Source of the DNA: Candidatus Calditenuaceae archaeon HR02
GTDB lineage: Archaea; Thermoproteota; Nitrososphaeria_A; Caldarchaeales; Calditenuaceae
Direction: 5' to 3'
Length of the DNA: 24,000 nt
Assembly (NCBI GenBank): GCA_002898395.1
Contig: BEHE01000002.1
Span: 77,544 to 101,543, forward strand
The translations under genes were made by a program, and so were the position numbers. The notes under the pieces were generated by a model. That model saw only the letters and a program-made list of their open reading frames with translations. It did no database searches and had not been told where the DNA came from. This document shows positions 1 to 8,223 of this stretch, piece after piece; within the stretch, counting starts at the first letter, position 1; the number at the start of each line of letters is the position of its first letter.

Positions 1-368
1 ACGCCGTAGCGAGGGCACTCGGCATCGACCCAGAGCTGAGGCTTGGACAGCTAACTGACCAGCAGCTAGCACTAATTGAAGACTGCATCAGGAATCCGGA
101 AAAGTATGGTATTCCATCATGGATGTATAATAGGAGGCGTGACCCTCAGAGTGGAAAAGACCTTCACCTGATAGGGGCTGATCTTGACTTGGCAATAAAA
201 GAGGATATTCAGAGGGAGATGAGGATAAAGTCTTGGAGAGGTGTTCGTCACTCTCTAGGCCTTAAGGTTAGGGGGCAGAGGACTAGGACTACCGGGCGGA
301 AGACCGGGCCGGTAGGTGTCGTCAGAAAGGCCGCCGAGGCGGCTGCGAAGGAGTCAAGCAAGAAATAG
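1..368 (+). CDS. rps13: 30S ribosomal protein S13 (5'-truncated by window edge)
   Basis: Frame is open from base 3 (AVARALGIDPELRLGQLTDQQLALIEDCIRNPEKYGIPSWMYNRRRDPQSGKDLHLIGADL...) and continues into WRGVRHSLGLKVRGQRTRTTGR, the characteristic S13 C-terminal motif. Confidence 0.96.
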   Translation, partial: AVARALGIDPELRLGQLTDQQLALIEDCIRNPEKYGIPSWMYNRRRDPQSGKDLHLIGADLDLAIKEDIQREMRIKSWRGVRHSLGLKVRGQRTRTTGRKTGPVGVVRKAAEAAAKESSKK

Positions 369-369
369 C

Positions 370-1488
370 TTAGCTCCTTTCTATAGCCCCTCGCGCGAGG
401 CTGGCCCCCAAAACCAAGCTTTTCTCCTTCTTGAAGGCAACATCCCACCTCCTAGTTCTTAAGCCGCAGTCGTTGCAAGCTATAATTCGAGACGGGTCGT
501 CAAGAACTCTAGCGGCGAAGATAAGCCTATCCCGCACCAGCTCCGGAGGCTCTATGTAATCTGAGTGCACATCTATTACGCCAGGAGCAATCATAAAGTT
601 CGCCGAGTATTCCCTGAAGAGCCTCAGAGCCTCATAGCCGATCCTCTCACTCTGCCCTAGCCTCACCGTGTCTCTGTTTGCACACTCAATAGAGAGCTCA
701 TGTGTCTTGGCTTCGAGTATGTGTGGGAATAGTAGGCGGTAATCGCTGTAGCAGATGTGGATTGTGAAGCGCGCGTTGATTCCCTTCACCACCTCATTAA
801 ACGCCTCCACGAATAGACCTACCTCTCCGGGCTTAGTTGTGGCTGCAGGCTCATCAATCTGGATCCTATAGGCGCCATTCTCTACAAGCGACAGAACTAC
901 GGGCCTCACCACCTCCTTGGCCAGATCAAACACCATCTCTCTCTTCGCCTCTCTCTTCTTCTCTACTAGGCTCTCAGTAGGTCTAGCTTTTGCGATATAG
1001 TATTCGTCGAAGCTCCAGTCCGATAGAGTGTAGGGCCCGGTAATGGGGACCTTTAGCTCTCTCCGCGCGTGCTTCTTCGCGAACAGGAACTCAGAAACGT
1101 AGCTGTTCTCAACTAGTAGAGGCTTTGACCTTATCGCCGCCTTATTATATGTCTCTGCATCCCAAACCTTCACTTTCCCGAGAAACTCTACACCACGTAC
1201 TTGTCTAAGCGCGTGTTCATACATCTCAACCCTCTTCTGCTCACCATCCCAAACCACATCGAGCCCCGCAGCCTCGTGGAGGCGTATAGCATAGAGCGAG
1301 GCCCAATCCCGCAGCTCCTCTTGCGTATACTCTTTTCTTCTAAGCTTATCCACCAGCACTTCAAATCCCTCCACGCCTAACACCCTCCCCCAGTACTCCG
1401 CCTCAGATATCGCAATCTCGTCAAGCCTCTTTCGCAGAAAAGGAGCCCTCATCAGGCTTCCAACTTCTTGTGTGGGGAAGAGCTTCAC
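370..1488 (-). CDS. metE: Cobalamin-independent methionine synthase (MetE-like), catalytic C-terminal-type protein
   Basis: 372 aa. Starts FPTQEVGSLMR. Contains the Zn-ligand-like motif IHICYSDYR and a C-terminal ACNDCGLRTR. The GTG start overlaps the stop of the upstream gene (GTGA). Confidence 0.85.
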   Translation of the reverse strand: MKLFPTQEVGSLMRAPFLRKRLDEIAISEAEYWGRVLGVEGFEVLVDKLRRKEYTQEELRDWASLYAIRLHEAAGLDVVWDGEQKRVEMYEHALRQVRGVEFLGKVKVWDAETYNKAAIRSKPLLVENSYVSEFLFAKKHARRELKVPITGPYTLSDWSFDEYYIAKARPTESLVEKKREAKREMVFDLAKEVVRPVVLSLVENGAYRIQIDEPAATTKPGEVGLFVEAFNEVVKGINARFTIHICYSDYRLLFPHILEAKTHELSIECANRDTVRLGQSERIGYEALRLFREYSANFMIAPGVIDVHSDYIEPPELVRDRLIFAARVLDDPSRIIACNDCGLRTRRWDVAFKKEKSLVLGASLARGAIERS

Positions 1489-2417
1489 GACATGCCACCT
1501 CTAAGAAGCCTGTAAGCAACTGCAAGCCTCTCAACCTTCGCATCCGCCACACGCCTTGGTAGATACTCAAGATCGGTGTTGGTGGTTAAGTGGTATGACT
1601 TGGCATTCACGCACTCAACCACGCTGGACAATATAGCCACTATTTCCTCATTGCTCTCAACGTAACTATTTCGCGCATCTATGCATCCAACAGCGAGAGC
1701 CCCCTCGAAGGAGTACCCCCTTATTTCCCCCGGATCGGTGGAGAAAGGGTCTATCCCCACAATATCGAGCGGAGCATCAAGTATCCATGGAAAAGCATTG
1801 GAGGCGTCGTGGAAGAACAGATGGACCATAAGCAGCCCGCTGAATCCATTCTTTATCACCCTGAGGGCCTCTTTCACAGTCTCTACCTGGTCTATGTCAA
1901 GCCTATTCTCGACGAGGGATGGAGCGCTTAGCTGAAGGAGCGCCGGCCCAGAGCCCTCAAGCGACCTCAATTCCTCCACAATTATCTCTGCAAAGTCTAA
2001 AACTAGGTCTTCCCATCTGTTATAGGATTGATTGATTGAGAGGCTATAGAATGTATAGGGCTCCGGGAGAATCAGTTTCCAATTAATCTCCTTTAACAGA
2101 TCTGTGAAGACATATTTTTCAAGAATTCTAGTGGTTCTCGAGAGGTTTGATACTATTATTGGCCTCTTGTAGAAGAGGTTGTTGTCAAACCACCGCGTCA
2201 GTGGCCCCAACTTGACACCCTCCAGGTGTTCTGCGAAGGGTCTTAGAATATCATGCCATAGGAGCTGCCCCTCAGCTATATAGGTCATGCCCAGCCGCCT
2301 CTGCATCTCAATAACCGCAGAGGCCTCACGCCGCGCCAGACCAACTACACTGTCGTAAGACTCCCTCCCCTCCGCCAGCCGCCTAAAAGCCATAATCAGC
2401 TCCTCAGACCTCGGCAT
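1485..2417 (-). CDS. MetE N-terminal-domain-like protein, partner of the adjacent catalytic MetE
   Basis: The ORF extends to 2477, but the likely start is ATG at 2417 (MPRSEELIMAFRRLAEGR, preceded by GGTGGT). PR.EEL..A and Q...GM.YIAEGQLLWHDILRPF are family-like features. The H-x-C zinc motif is not present (VHLFFHD). Confidence 0.75.
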   Translation of the reverse strand: MPRSEELIMAFRRLAEGRESYDSVVGLARREASAVIEMQRRLGMTYIAEGQLLWHDILRPFAEHLEGVKLGPLTRWFDNNLFYKRPIIVSNLSRTTRILEKYVFTDLLKEINWKLILPEPYTFYSLSINQSYNRWEDLVLDFAEIIVEELRSLEGSGPALLQLSAPSLVENRLDIDQVETVKEALRVIKNGFSGLLMVHLFFHDASNAFPWILDAPLDIVGIDPFSTDPGEIRGYSFEGALAVGCIDARNSYVESNEEIVAILSSVVECVNAKSYHLTTNTDLEYLPRRVADAKVERLAVAYRLLRGGMS

Positions 2418-2548
2418 CACACCACCTAAGTGACATGCATCTACCTCCAACACCAAGCTATAATACACCCACTCCAAAGCCGTAATAAAGGTGTTACACG
2501 CGGGTAATCCTCTTATCTTAGCCGGCCAACAATAAACGGTGCTGAATC

Positions 2549-4006
2549 ATGGGCGACTCTAACAGAGACGTAGCCGCTTTTTATGCTAGCTGTAAGGAGG
2601 CGGCGGACTATATTCGAGAAGAGGTGAATCGCGGCGCGGAGATACTTGTCGCCGGACACAACGATGCAGATGGATTATCCTCGATAGGGGTTGTGGCTGG
2701 TGGGCTACTAGATCTCGGAGCCAAGTTTATCGCGAGGAGTGTTTTTAGGCTTGAGGAGTTTATAGAAGTGATGGGTGAACATAATGGCAGAATGATTATC
2801 CTCGTGGACATGGGTAGCGGCAGTATAGGTGAGCTTAGGAGCATTTTCGAGGAGGCGAAGCTCGTTATAATTGATCACCACCAGCCTGACCAGGCGGCTG
2901 TGGAGGGGTGGAAACATGTTAACCCCCACCTATTCGGTATTGACGGAGAGTCTGAGGTGAGCGCGGCAGGTGTTGCATACCTCGTGATGAGGAATATAGT
3001 CCCTAATCCCCAGAGATATGCCCCCCTGGCAGTAGTTGGGAGCCTCGGAGACCTTCAAGACAAGGGGGAGAAGAGGAGACTGGTCGGGTTAAACGAGGAG
3101 ATCGTCTCAGAAGCAGTCAAGGGATCACATCTCAGGGTCAGGGAAGACTTCATCCTCTATGGTAGAGAGTCCAAGCCTATACACCAGGCATTAGCTGGCA
3201 CTCAGAGCCCATACCTCCCAGGCCTCAGCGGGGACGAGGCCGCGTGTCTCTCACTCGTCATGGAAGCTGGAATAGAAGTGCAGGATGGGGATAAGTGGCG
3301 GACAATCGCTGACTTGGCTGAGGAGGAGAAGAGCCGGCTCTATAACGCGATAGTCTCCTATCTTGTGAAGAATAACCAGCCAATAGAGCCTGTCAAAGAT
3401 TTGATTGGGACTGTATATGAGCTGGTTAACGAAAGTGCCTCGTCAGGTCTCAGGGATGCTAGGGAGTATTCACAGCTTCTGAATGCATGTGGTAAGACGA
3501 ATAACTCTTGGCTTGGAGTCGCGGTTGCCATGGGGTATAGGGGCTGGGTCCTCAAAGAGGCGCAGAAGGTTGTGGAGCAGTACAGGGCAATGCTGAAGAA
3601 GAGCCTTGACTTTGCCTCAAAAAATCTGGAGCAGATGTACCACATAATGGTCCTTCGTGTGGGGCCTGAAATAGACGTCCGGCAAGTTAGCTCTGTGGCC
3701 TCTATTCTCTCGTCTTCAAAACTCATACCGGCTGATAAGCCCCTAATAGTGGTAGGCCAAGAGGGTGGTATTGTTAAGATTTCAGCTCGCGCCTCACCAA
3801 GACTAGTCTCTCTGGGCCTGAACCTAGGCGCAGTCATGAGGGAAGCCGCCTCAAAGTTTGCCGGGCGGGGCGGGGGCCACAGGATAGCAGCCGGAGCCGA
3901 AATACCTGCAGAAAGGCTGACGCTCTTTCTACTCGAGGTTGACAGACTTATCGGGGAGGCTCTCTCCCACGTTAATACTCAGATAACACTGGATGATGAT
4001 TCTTGA
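2549..4006 (+). CDS. DHH/DHHA1-family phosphoesterase, archaeal RecJ-like single-strand exonuclease
   Basis: 485 aa. Motifs AGHNDADGLSS, DMGSG, IIDHHQPD, and DHHA1 GRGGGHRIAAGAEIP. Neighbours are Pcc1 and S3Ae, a recurrent archaeal arrangement. Confidence 0.9.
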   Translation: MGDSNRDVAAFYASCKEAADYIREEVNRGAEILVAGHNDADGLSSIGVVAGGLLDLGAKFIARSVFRLEEFIEVMGEHNGRMIILVDMGSGSIGELRSIFEEAKLVIIDHHQPDQAAVEGWKHVNPHLFGIDGESEVSAAGVAYLVMRNIVPNPQRYAPLAVVGSLGDLQDKGEKRRLVGLNEEIVSEAVKGSHLRVREDFILYGRESKPIHQALAGTQSPYLPGLSGDEAACLSLVMEAGIEVQDGDKWRTIADLAEEEKSRLYNAIVSYLVKNNQPIEPVKDLIGTVYELVNESASSGLRDAREYSQLLNACGKTNNSWLGVAVAMGYRGWVLKEAQKVVEQYRAMLKKSLDFASKNLEQMYHIMVLRVGPEIDVRQVSSVASILSSSKLIPADKPLIVVGQEGGIVKISARASPRLVSLGLNLGAVMREAASKFAGRGGGHRIAAGAEIPAERLTLFLLEVDRLIGEALSHVNTQITLDDDS

Positions 4007-4278
4007 GGCACGAGGCTATTCTTGTTGTAAGGTTTTGCAGCGCAGCCGAGGCAGAGATAGCTGAGCGTTCTCTCGCCCCTGATAATCATCCCCTACCACC
4101 GTATCTGAACCTCGGCGTAGAGAGAAGGGGAGAGAATCTGGTTTATAAAGTCGCATGCAACGACAGACCTCTTCAAACCCTCCTCTCAACACTAGATGAC
4201 ATACTGCGGGCGCTCCTAATAGTTGAGCCCATCATATGTGAGAATAGAGGGGAGGATGCTGAGCGGCGCCGCGTGTGA
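4003..4278 (+). CDS. pcc1: KEOPS complex subunit Pcc1-like protein
   Basis: 91 aa. Position between the RecJ-like gene and rps3ae, overlapping the upstream stop (TTGA). Sequence has the Pcc1-like pattern SLAPDNHP.PPYL....R......Y.V.C....LQTLLSTLDDILR. Confidence 0.75.
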   Translation: MRHEAILVVRFCSAAEAEIAERSLAPDNHPLPPYLNLGVERRGENLVYKVACNDRPLQTLLSTLDDILRALLIVEPIICENRGEDAERRRV

Positions 4279-4325
4279 CGTTATATTTAAAATGTTGATT
4301 AGGCGCTAAAGGGTGAAGAGCAGGG

Positions 4326-4943
4326 ATGTCGTCAAAGGCTGCGAAGAAAGGAGAGAAGGCCGAGTACGTGATTAAGGCACCCCCCTACTTCGCTGAAAGG
4401 ACACTAGGAATAACCAGCAGCGATGACCCCAAAAAGCTACTGAACAGGACGGTGAAAACCAGCCTCTATACACTAACAGACGACCCAACAAAACAGTACA
4501 TCTTGGTCAAGTTTCAGATCGTAAATGTTGACGGCAATGTAGCAGAGACCATCTTTTATGGACATGAATATGATAGAGAATTTCTCAGGAGCCTTGTGAG
4601 ACGCGGTACAAGCAAGATAGACGGGTACTATAACGTTGAGACGAGAGATGGGTATAGGCTGAGGGTTCAATGTACGGTATTTACCCATAACAGGGTAAGG
4701 TCTGGGAAGAAGACGTCTATCCGGCACATCATGAGAGAGGTGGTTGAAGCCTCGGCTAAAAAGCTTGAACTGGGACAGTTTGCGCAGGAGATTGTGCTAG
4801 GTAAGACCGCTTCAGACATCTACAACGCCGTCAAGAAGATTCTTCTCCCCCGGCATGTGGGAGTAGTTAAAACGAAGGTCCTCGCAAAGCCTCAACTTTC
4901 GGCAGCTGACAAGGGACTAGCCGCTGGACAACCCCAATCCTAA
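4326..4943 (+). CDS. rps3ae: 30S ribosomal protein S3Ae
   Basis: 205 aa. KWYVIKAPPYF-like start (YVIKAPPYFAERTLGITSSDDPKKLLNRTVKTSLYTLTDDPTKQYILVKFQI), DGYYNVETRDGYRLRV and RHIMREVVEASAKK are typical of S3Ae. Confidence 0.95.
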   Translation: MSSKAAKKGEKAEYVIKAPPYFAERTLGITSSDDPKKLLNRTVKTSLYTLTDDPTKQYILVKFQIVNVDGNVAETIFYGHEYDREFLRSLVRRGTSKIDGYYNVETRDGYRLRVQCTVFTHNRVRSGKKTSIRHIMREVVEASAKKLELGQFAQEIVLGKTASDIYNAVKKILLPRHVGVVKTKVLAKPQLSAADKGLAAGQPQS

Positions 4944-5326
4944 GGGCTTACACCGTCCCTATCGCTGGAGACTCCGTGGTGGCGCTTCCTGTGATACGCC
5001 CTTAGATAGTAGCCCTCCTCTCTCAGGGGCCCGAAACTCCTCACGCCCTTCTCATAGACCTGTCTCTTCAGCCTCTCTGACTCCTCCTCCGTGATCTCTC
5101 CCCTCTTCTTTAGAAACTCTATCACTTGTATTGCCTCTTCCTCTGTTGCGCACCTCATTAGGTAGTCCTCTGGGCCAGGCATGAAGCCCCTGAGCGGCTC
5201 CCCCTCCATCTCTACGCTAGAGTCTTCTAGGCTTGTGCTAGGTTGTTCGAGCTCGTCAGATAGGGCTGGGAAGAGCCTCTTAAAGTCGCGCTTGTCCCAA
5301 GGGATCACTAGGCCTCTATCAAGCAT
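4940..5326 (-). CDS. Small conserved archaeal protein, possibly DUF2095 family
   Basis: 128 aa. WDKRDFKRLFPALSDELE..., ATEEEAIQVIEFLKKRGEITEEESERLKRQVYEKGVRSFGPLREEGYYLR. The family assignment is from memory of the pattern only. Confidence 0.5.
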   Translation of the reverse strand: MLDRGLVIPWDKRDFKRLFPALSDELEQPSTSLEDSSVEMEGEPLRGFMPGPEDYLMRCATEEEAIQVIEFLKKRGEITEEESERLKRQVYEKGVRSFGPLREEGYYLRAYHRKRHHGVSSDRDGVSP

Positions 5327-5366
5327 ATGCTTCCCGATATTTAAGCAGAGGGGTCTGCCACGGGAT

Positions 5367-6050
5367 CTAATCCCCTATACGCGGCCCACTGGTTTTCAGC
5401 CTCTCATAGAGGTCGTAGAACTTGAGGTCTTTCTGTACCCTCTCCCTCGCCTCGTTTGGATACACTCCCTTAACTCTGCCTTCCTCAAGTAGGGCTATCT
5501 CATCCGCTACTAGGAGCGCCTCGAGCGGGTCGTGGGTCACATATAATATTGGGGTCTCGAGGATTCTGATCAAGTTGAGTACCTGCTTCTTGTTAAGCCA
5601 GTCAAGGTTAGCGCAGGGCTCATCCATTAGGAGGGCTTCAGGATTCTTCAGAAGGACTGTTGCGATGGTGAGTATCTGAGTCTCTCCAAGCGACAGGTTC
5701 CTCTTCCCTACGAGGGGTTCGAGCCCTAGCTTGGATATGAGGGGCCTATAGTCTGTGCCATGTAGCTTGGAAAAGTATTCCAGCTGGTCGCGGGGGCTCA
5801 TGGCCAGCCTAACTACTCTCTGTGGGACATAACCTAACGGCCTATCCTCCACTGCTAGGTCGGAGATGTCGCGCCCATTGACGATTATTCTTCCATTAGC
5901 CGGTCTGATTAAACCCATAATGGCCTTAAGCAATGTTGATTTTCCAGCACCGTTCCTCCCCAGCAGAACTGTCTTTGACCTCACCTTTAACAGCCCAATT
6001 TCAAGCCTCCAATCCCCCCTAACTATGACGAGGTCACGTACTTCCAGCAC
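5367..6050 (-). CDS. Tungstate/molybdate-type ABC transporter ATP-binding protein (WtpC/ModC-like)
   Basis: Walker A GRNGAGKST, signature LSLGE, Walker B ALLMDEPCANLD, H-loop YVTHDPLEAL. Operonic with a permease and a ModA/WtpA-like binding protein. Confidence 0.85.
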   Translation of the reverse strand: MLEVRDLVIVRGDWRLEIGLLKVRSKTVLLGRNGAGKSTLLKAIMGLIRPANGRIIVNGRDISDLAVEDRPLGYVPQRVVRLAMSPRDQLEYFSKLHGTDYRPLISKLGLEPLVGKRNLSLGETQILTIATVLLKNPEALLMDEPCANLDWLNKKQVLNLIRILETPILYVTHDPLEALLVADEIALLEEGRVKGVYPNEARERVQKDLKFYDLYERLKTSGPRIGD

Positions 6051-6750
6051 GCTCCAACACCAACGTAACCAGAGTCAGCATCATAGCGACCGCTAAGAGC
6101 ACTAGGGAGGCGGAGACGACCGCTGTTGGACCGCTCCTGAGGAACTCCTCGAAGATGTATACACCCACCGTCTGTGGTCTCTGCGCCACGATGAGGAAGA
6201 CGCCCAGCTCGGAGAAAGCTCTAAACCACGATAATAGCGCCGCGAGAAGGACACTCGTGGGGGATGCTCTGAGGTAGAACCACTGCAGCCTCATGCCCCT
6301 CACACCCATACTTCTCAAGAACTCCTCCAGCTCGACCCCCTGGGCCGCAAACGAAGCCCTCATAACTCCGACCCCGATGGGCAGCGACACAACAAACATT
6401 CCGAGAACAATTGAGGTGGCAGTATCTGTTATCTTGAGGCTAAAGACTATTGGGGCTAGTAGTATTCCAATGGCGGTGTGTGGGATAGCGGTGGAGAACA
6501 GTATTAGGGGCGTCATGTAGCTGCCTGAGGGCCTGAATGCGAGGGCGAAACCCACTATGAAGGATACCGGTAGGACTATGAGTGAGGACGCTGTCGCGTA
6601 TGTTGCGGTGGATGCGACGATCCGGAAGAAACTGGACGAAGGAGCGGCACCAAACATTACTACTGCTGGCAACGACAGTAGTAGAAAATATGCAACGGAG
6701 ACTATAACTGCGATGAGAAGTATTCTATCCATGGCTCCTCCATAAACCAT
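6034..6750 (-). CDS. Tungstate/molybdate-type ABC transporter permease (WtpB/ModB-like); real start probably near 6732 (MDRILLIAV)
   Basis: Multiple transmembrane segments. The EAA-like loop AASFAAQGVELEEFLRSMGVRGMRLQWFYLRAS is recognisable. Confidence 0.85.
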   Translation of the reverse strand: MVYGGAMDRILLIAVIVSVAYFLLLSLPAVVMFGAAPSSSFFRIVASTATYATASSLIVLPVSFIVGFALAFRPSGSYMTPLILFSTAIPHTAIGILLAPIVFSLKITDTATSIVLGMFVVSLPIGVGVMRASFAAQGVELEEFLRSMGVRGMRLQWFYLRASPTSVLLAALLSWFRAFSELGVFLIVAQRPQTVGVYIFEEFLRSGPTAVVSASLVLLAVAMMLTLVTLVLERAGST

Positions 6751-7594
6751 ATTTTTCTAAGTCTATCTGCTCGATTTTATCAAGTAAGTCATCTCCTATG
6801 GGAGTGAATGAAGCGGCAAATGCGCGAAACGCCTTAACCTCGATGGAGCCAGATTGAGTGATGGCTACGAACTTTAGTGGAGGATCCTGAAGAAATGTTA
6901 TCTCGCCCGGCAACTCTATTATCTTGAAACGGACGATATAACCCCTCGCGACTACAAAAGGCGAGTGGGCAAAGATACAGTCAACCGCCCCACCCTCAAG
7001 CAATGCGGCTACACCCGCTAAGTCGTCCCGCGCTGTGAATCGCCCCCTTGCCTCGAAGCTGCGGACATCGATCCAGACGCTGCGGTCGGAATAGTTGTGA
7101 ATATAACTGATATTGAGACTTCGGCTCACCTCTTCGAGCGCGACTAACTTATATTTAGTGCCAAGCAAGTAAATTGCGGCTAATGATCTGTAGCCTATGG
7201 GCGCGAAGTTGGGGTTGGCTAAGCCTAGGTTGACTTGCCCAAGGTCATTAAGCGTATAGTCCTCCCTACAGACTAATAGAAGCCTGAAGTATCCCAGATC
7301 CAAGACTCTGCGGGGCTGGATAAACTTCAAGAGCTCCCAGTCCACGCTAAGGAAGACATCCGGCACATTACCAGACTGAATCAGCCTAATCCCCAGCACA
7401 CTACCTATCGTTCGCACGTCAACCAAGTCAGACCCATAGAGGTTCGCAGCATCCTTAGCCACCCCCACCAAGGTAGGAGCCGTGAAAACGGTAACACGCC
7501 CCCTATCGCCTAACGGATTTAAAAAAAGAAATGCTGTGACAATCACAGCTACAACAACCGCAGTTACTATTGACGGTAGCGTAAATTTACTCAT
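6725..7594 (-). CDS. Tungstate/molybdate-type ABC transporter substrate-binding protein (WtpA/ModA-like)
   Basis: The ORF runs to 7648; the likely start is MSKFTLPS at 7594, followed by an N-terminal hydrophobic anchor. Contains GNVPDVFLSVDW and PNFAPIGYRSL, similar to WtpA. Operonic with the ATPase and permease. Confidence 0.8.
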   Translation of the reverse strand: MSKFTLPSIVTAVVVAVIVTAFLFLNPLGDRGRVTVFTAPTLVGVAKDAANLYGSDLVDVRTIGSVLGIRLIQSGNVPDVFLSVDWELLKFIQPRRVLDLGYFRLLLVCREDYTLNDLGQVNLGLANPNFAPIGYRSLAAIYLLGTKYKLVALEEVSRSLNISYIHNYSDRSVWIDVRSFEARGRFTARDDLAGVAALLEGGAVDCIFAHSPFVVARGYIVRFKIIELPGEITFLQDPPLKFVAITQSGSIEVKAFRAFAASFTPIGDDLLDKIEQIDLEKYGLWRSHG

Positions 7595-7619
7595 CACCTG
7601 GCTTACCTCTCTTATACAG

Positions 7620-7629
7620 TATTTAAATA
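7620..7629. promoter_or_regulatory. Palindromic, putatively bidirectional TATA box between the WtpA-like and ModE-like genes
   Basis: TATTTAAATA is its own reverse complement. Its centre (7624.5) is 30.5 nt from the A of ATG 7655 (plus) and 30.5 nt from the A of ATG 7594 (minus). Confidence 0.65.
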
Positions 7630-7654
7630 TGTGCAGCATAATACTCAACGATAC

Positions 7655-8218
7655 ATGTCGGTAACCGAAGTTCGTGGTGGAAAGGTGGTTTTGAAGCTTG
7701 ACAGAGACAACTACATGAGCGTTGGGCTACAATACTTCGAGCTACTTGATGGTGTGAGGAGGTATGGGACTCTAAGCAAGGCGTGCCGTGAGGTAGGTGT
7801 GACTCTCAAGACTGGCTCGAAATGGATTCGCCTCCTAGAGTCTCGGCTTGGAGTTAAACTCGTGGAGGTGAGGAAGGGGGGCAAGGGTGGTGGTGGAAGC
7901 GCACTGACTGAGCATGCTTACAGGCTTCTTGAGAGCTATTATTCCGCTAGGACTGTTACTAGGCCAGGCTTCATAACCACCTTCATAGAAAGCTTATTGA
8001 GCGCGCGTAACATCTTGAGGTGCAGGATCAGGCGTGTTCAGAGAGCAGAGGTGTTGAGCCTGCTTGAGCTGGATCTGGAGCCTGGCCAGGCTTTGAAGGC
8101 GGTAGTTACGACACAGAGTGTTGATAGACTGAACATCCATGAGGGAGGGGAGATCCTTGCAATAATTAAGGCTACTGAGGTCCTAGTCGCATCGAAAGAC
8201 CTTATACGAATCAGATAA
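7655..8218 (+). CDS. ModE-like transcriptional regulator (LysR-type HTH plus TOBE/Mop domain)
   Basis: The ORF can start at GTG 7631; ATG 7655 is preferred. HTH region YFELLDGVRRYGTLSKACREVGVTLKTGSKWIRLLESRLGVKLVEV. C-terminal TOBE-like region NILRCRIRRVQ...LKAVVTTQSVDRLNIHEGGEILAIIKATEVLVA. Divergent from the Mo/W transporter. Confidence 0.85.
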   Translation: MSVTEVRGGKVVLKLDRDNYMSVGLQYFELLDGVRRYGTLSKACREVGVTLKTGSKWIRLLESRLGVKLVEVRKGGKGGGGSALTEHAYRLLESYYSARTVTRPGFITTFIESLLSARNILRCRIRRVQRAEVLSLLELDLEPGQALKAVVTTQSVDRLNIHEGGEILAIIKATEVLVASKDLIRIR

Positions 8219-8223
8219 TTTCC

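Noticed and set aside
3358-3837. 159-aa minus-strand ORF
   Set aside because: Antisense to the DHH/RecJ-like gene; low-complexity-looking product with no motif.
7631-7654. GTG at 7631 as the start of the ModE-like regulator
   Set aside because: It would begin within a few bases of the TATA box, upstream of the expected transcription start; ATG 7655 has the spacing expected for a leaderless mRNA.
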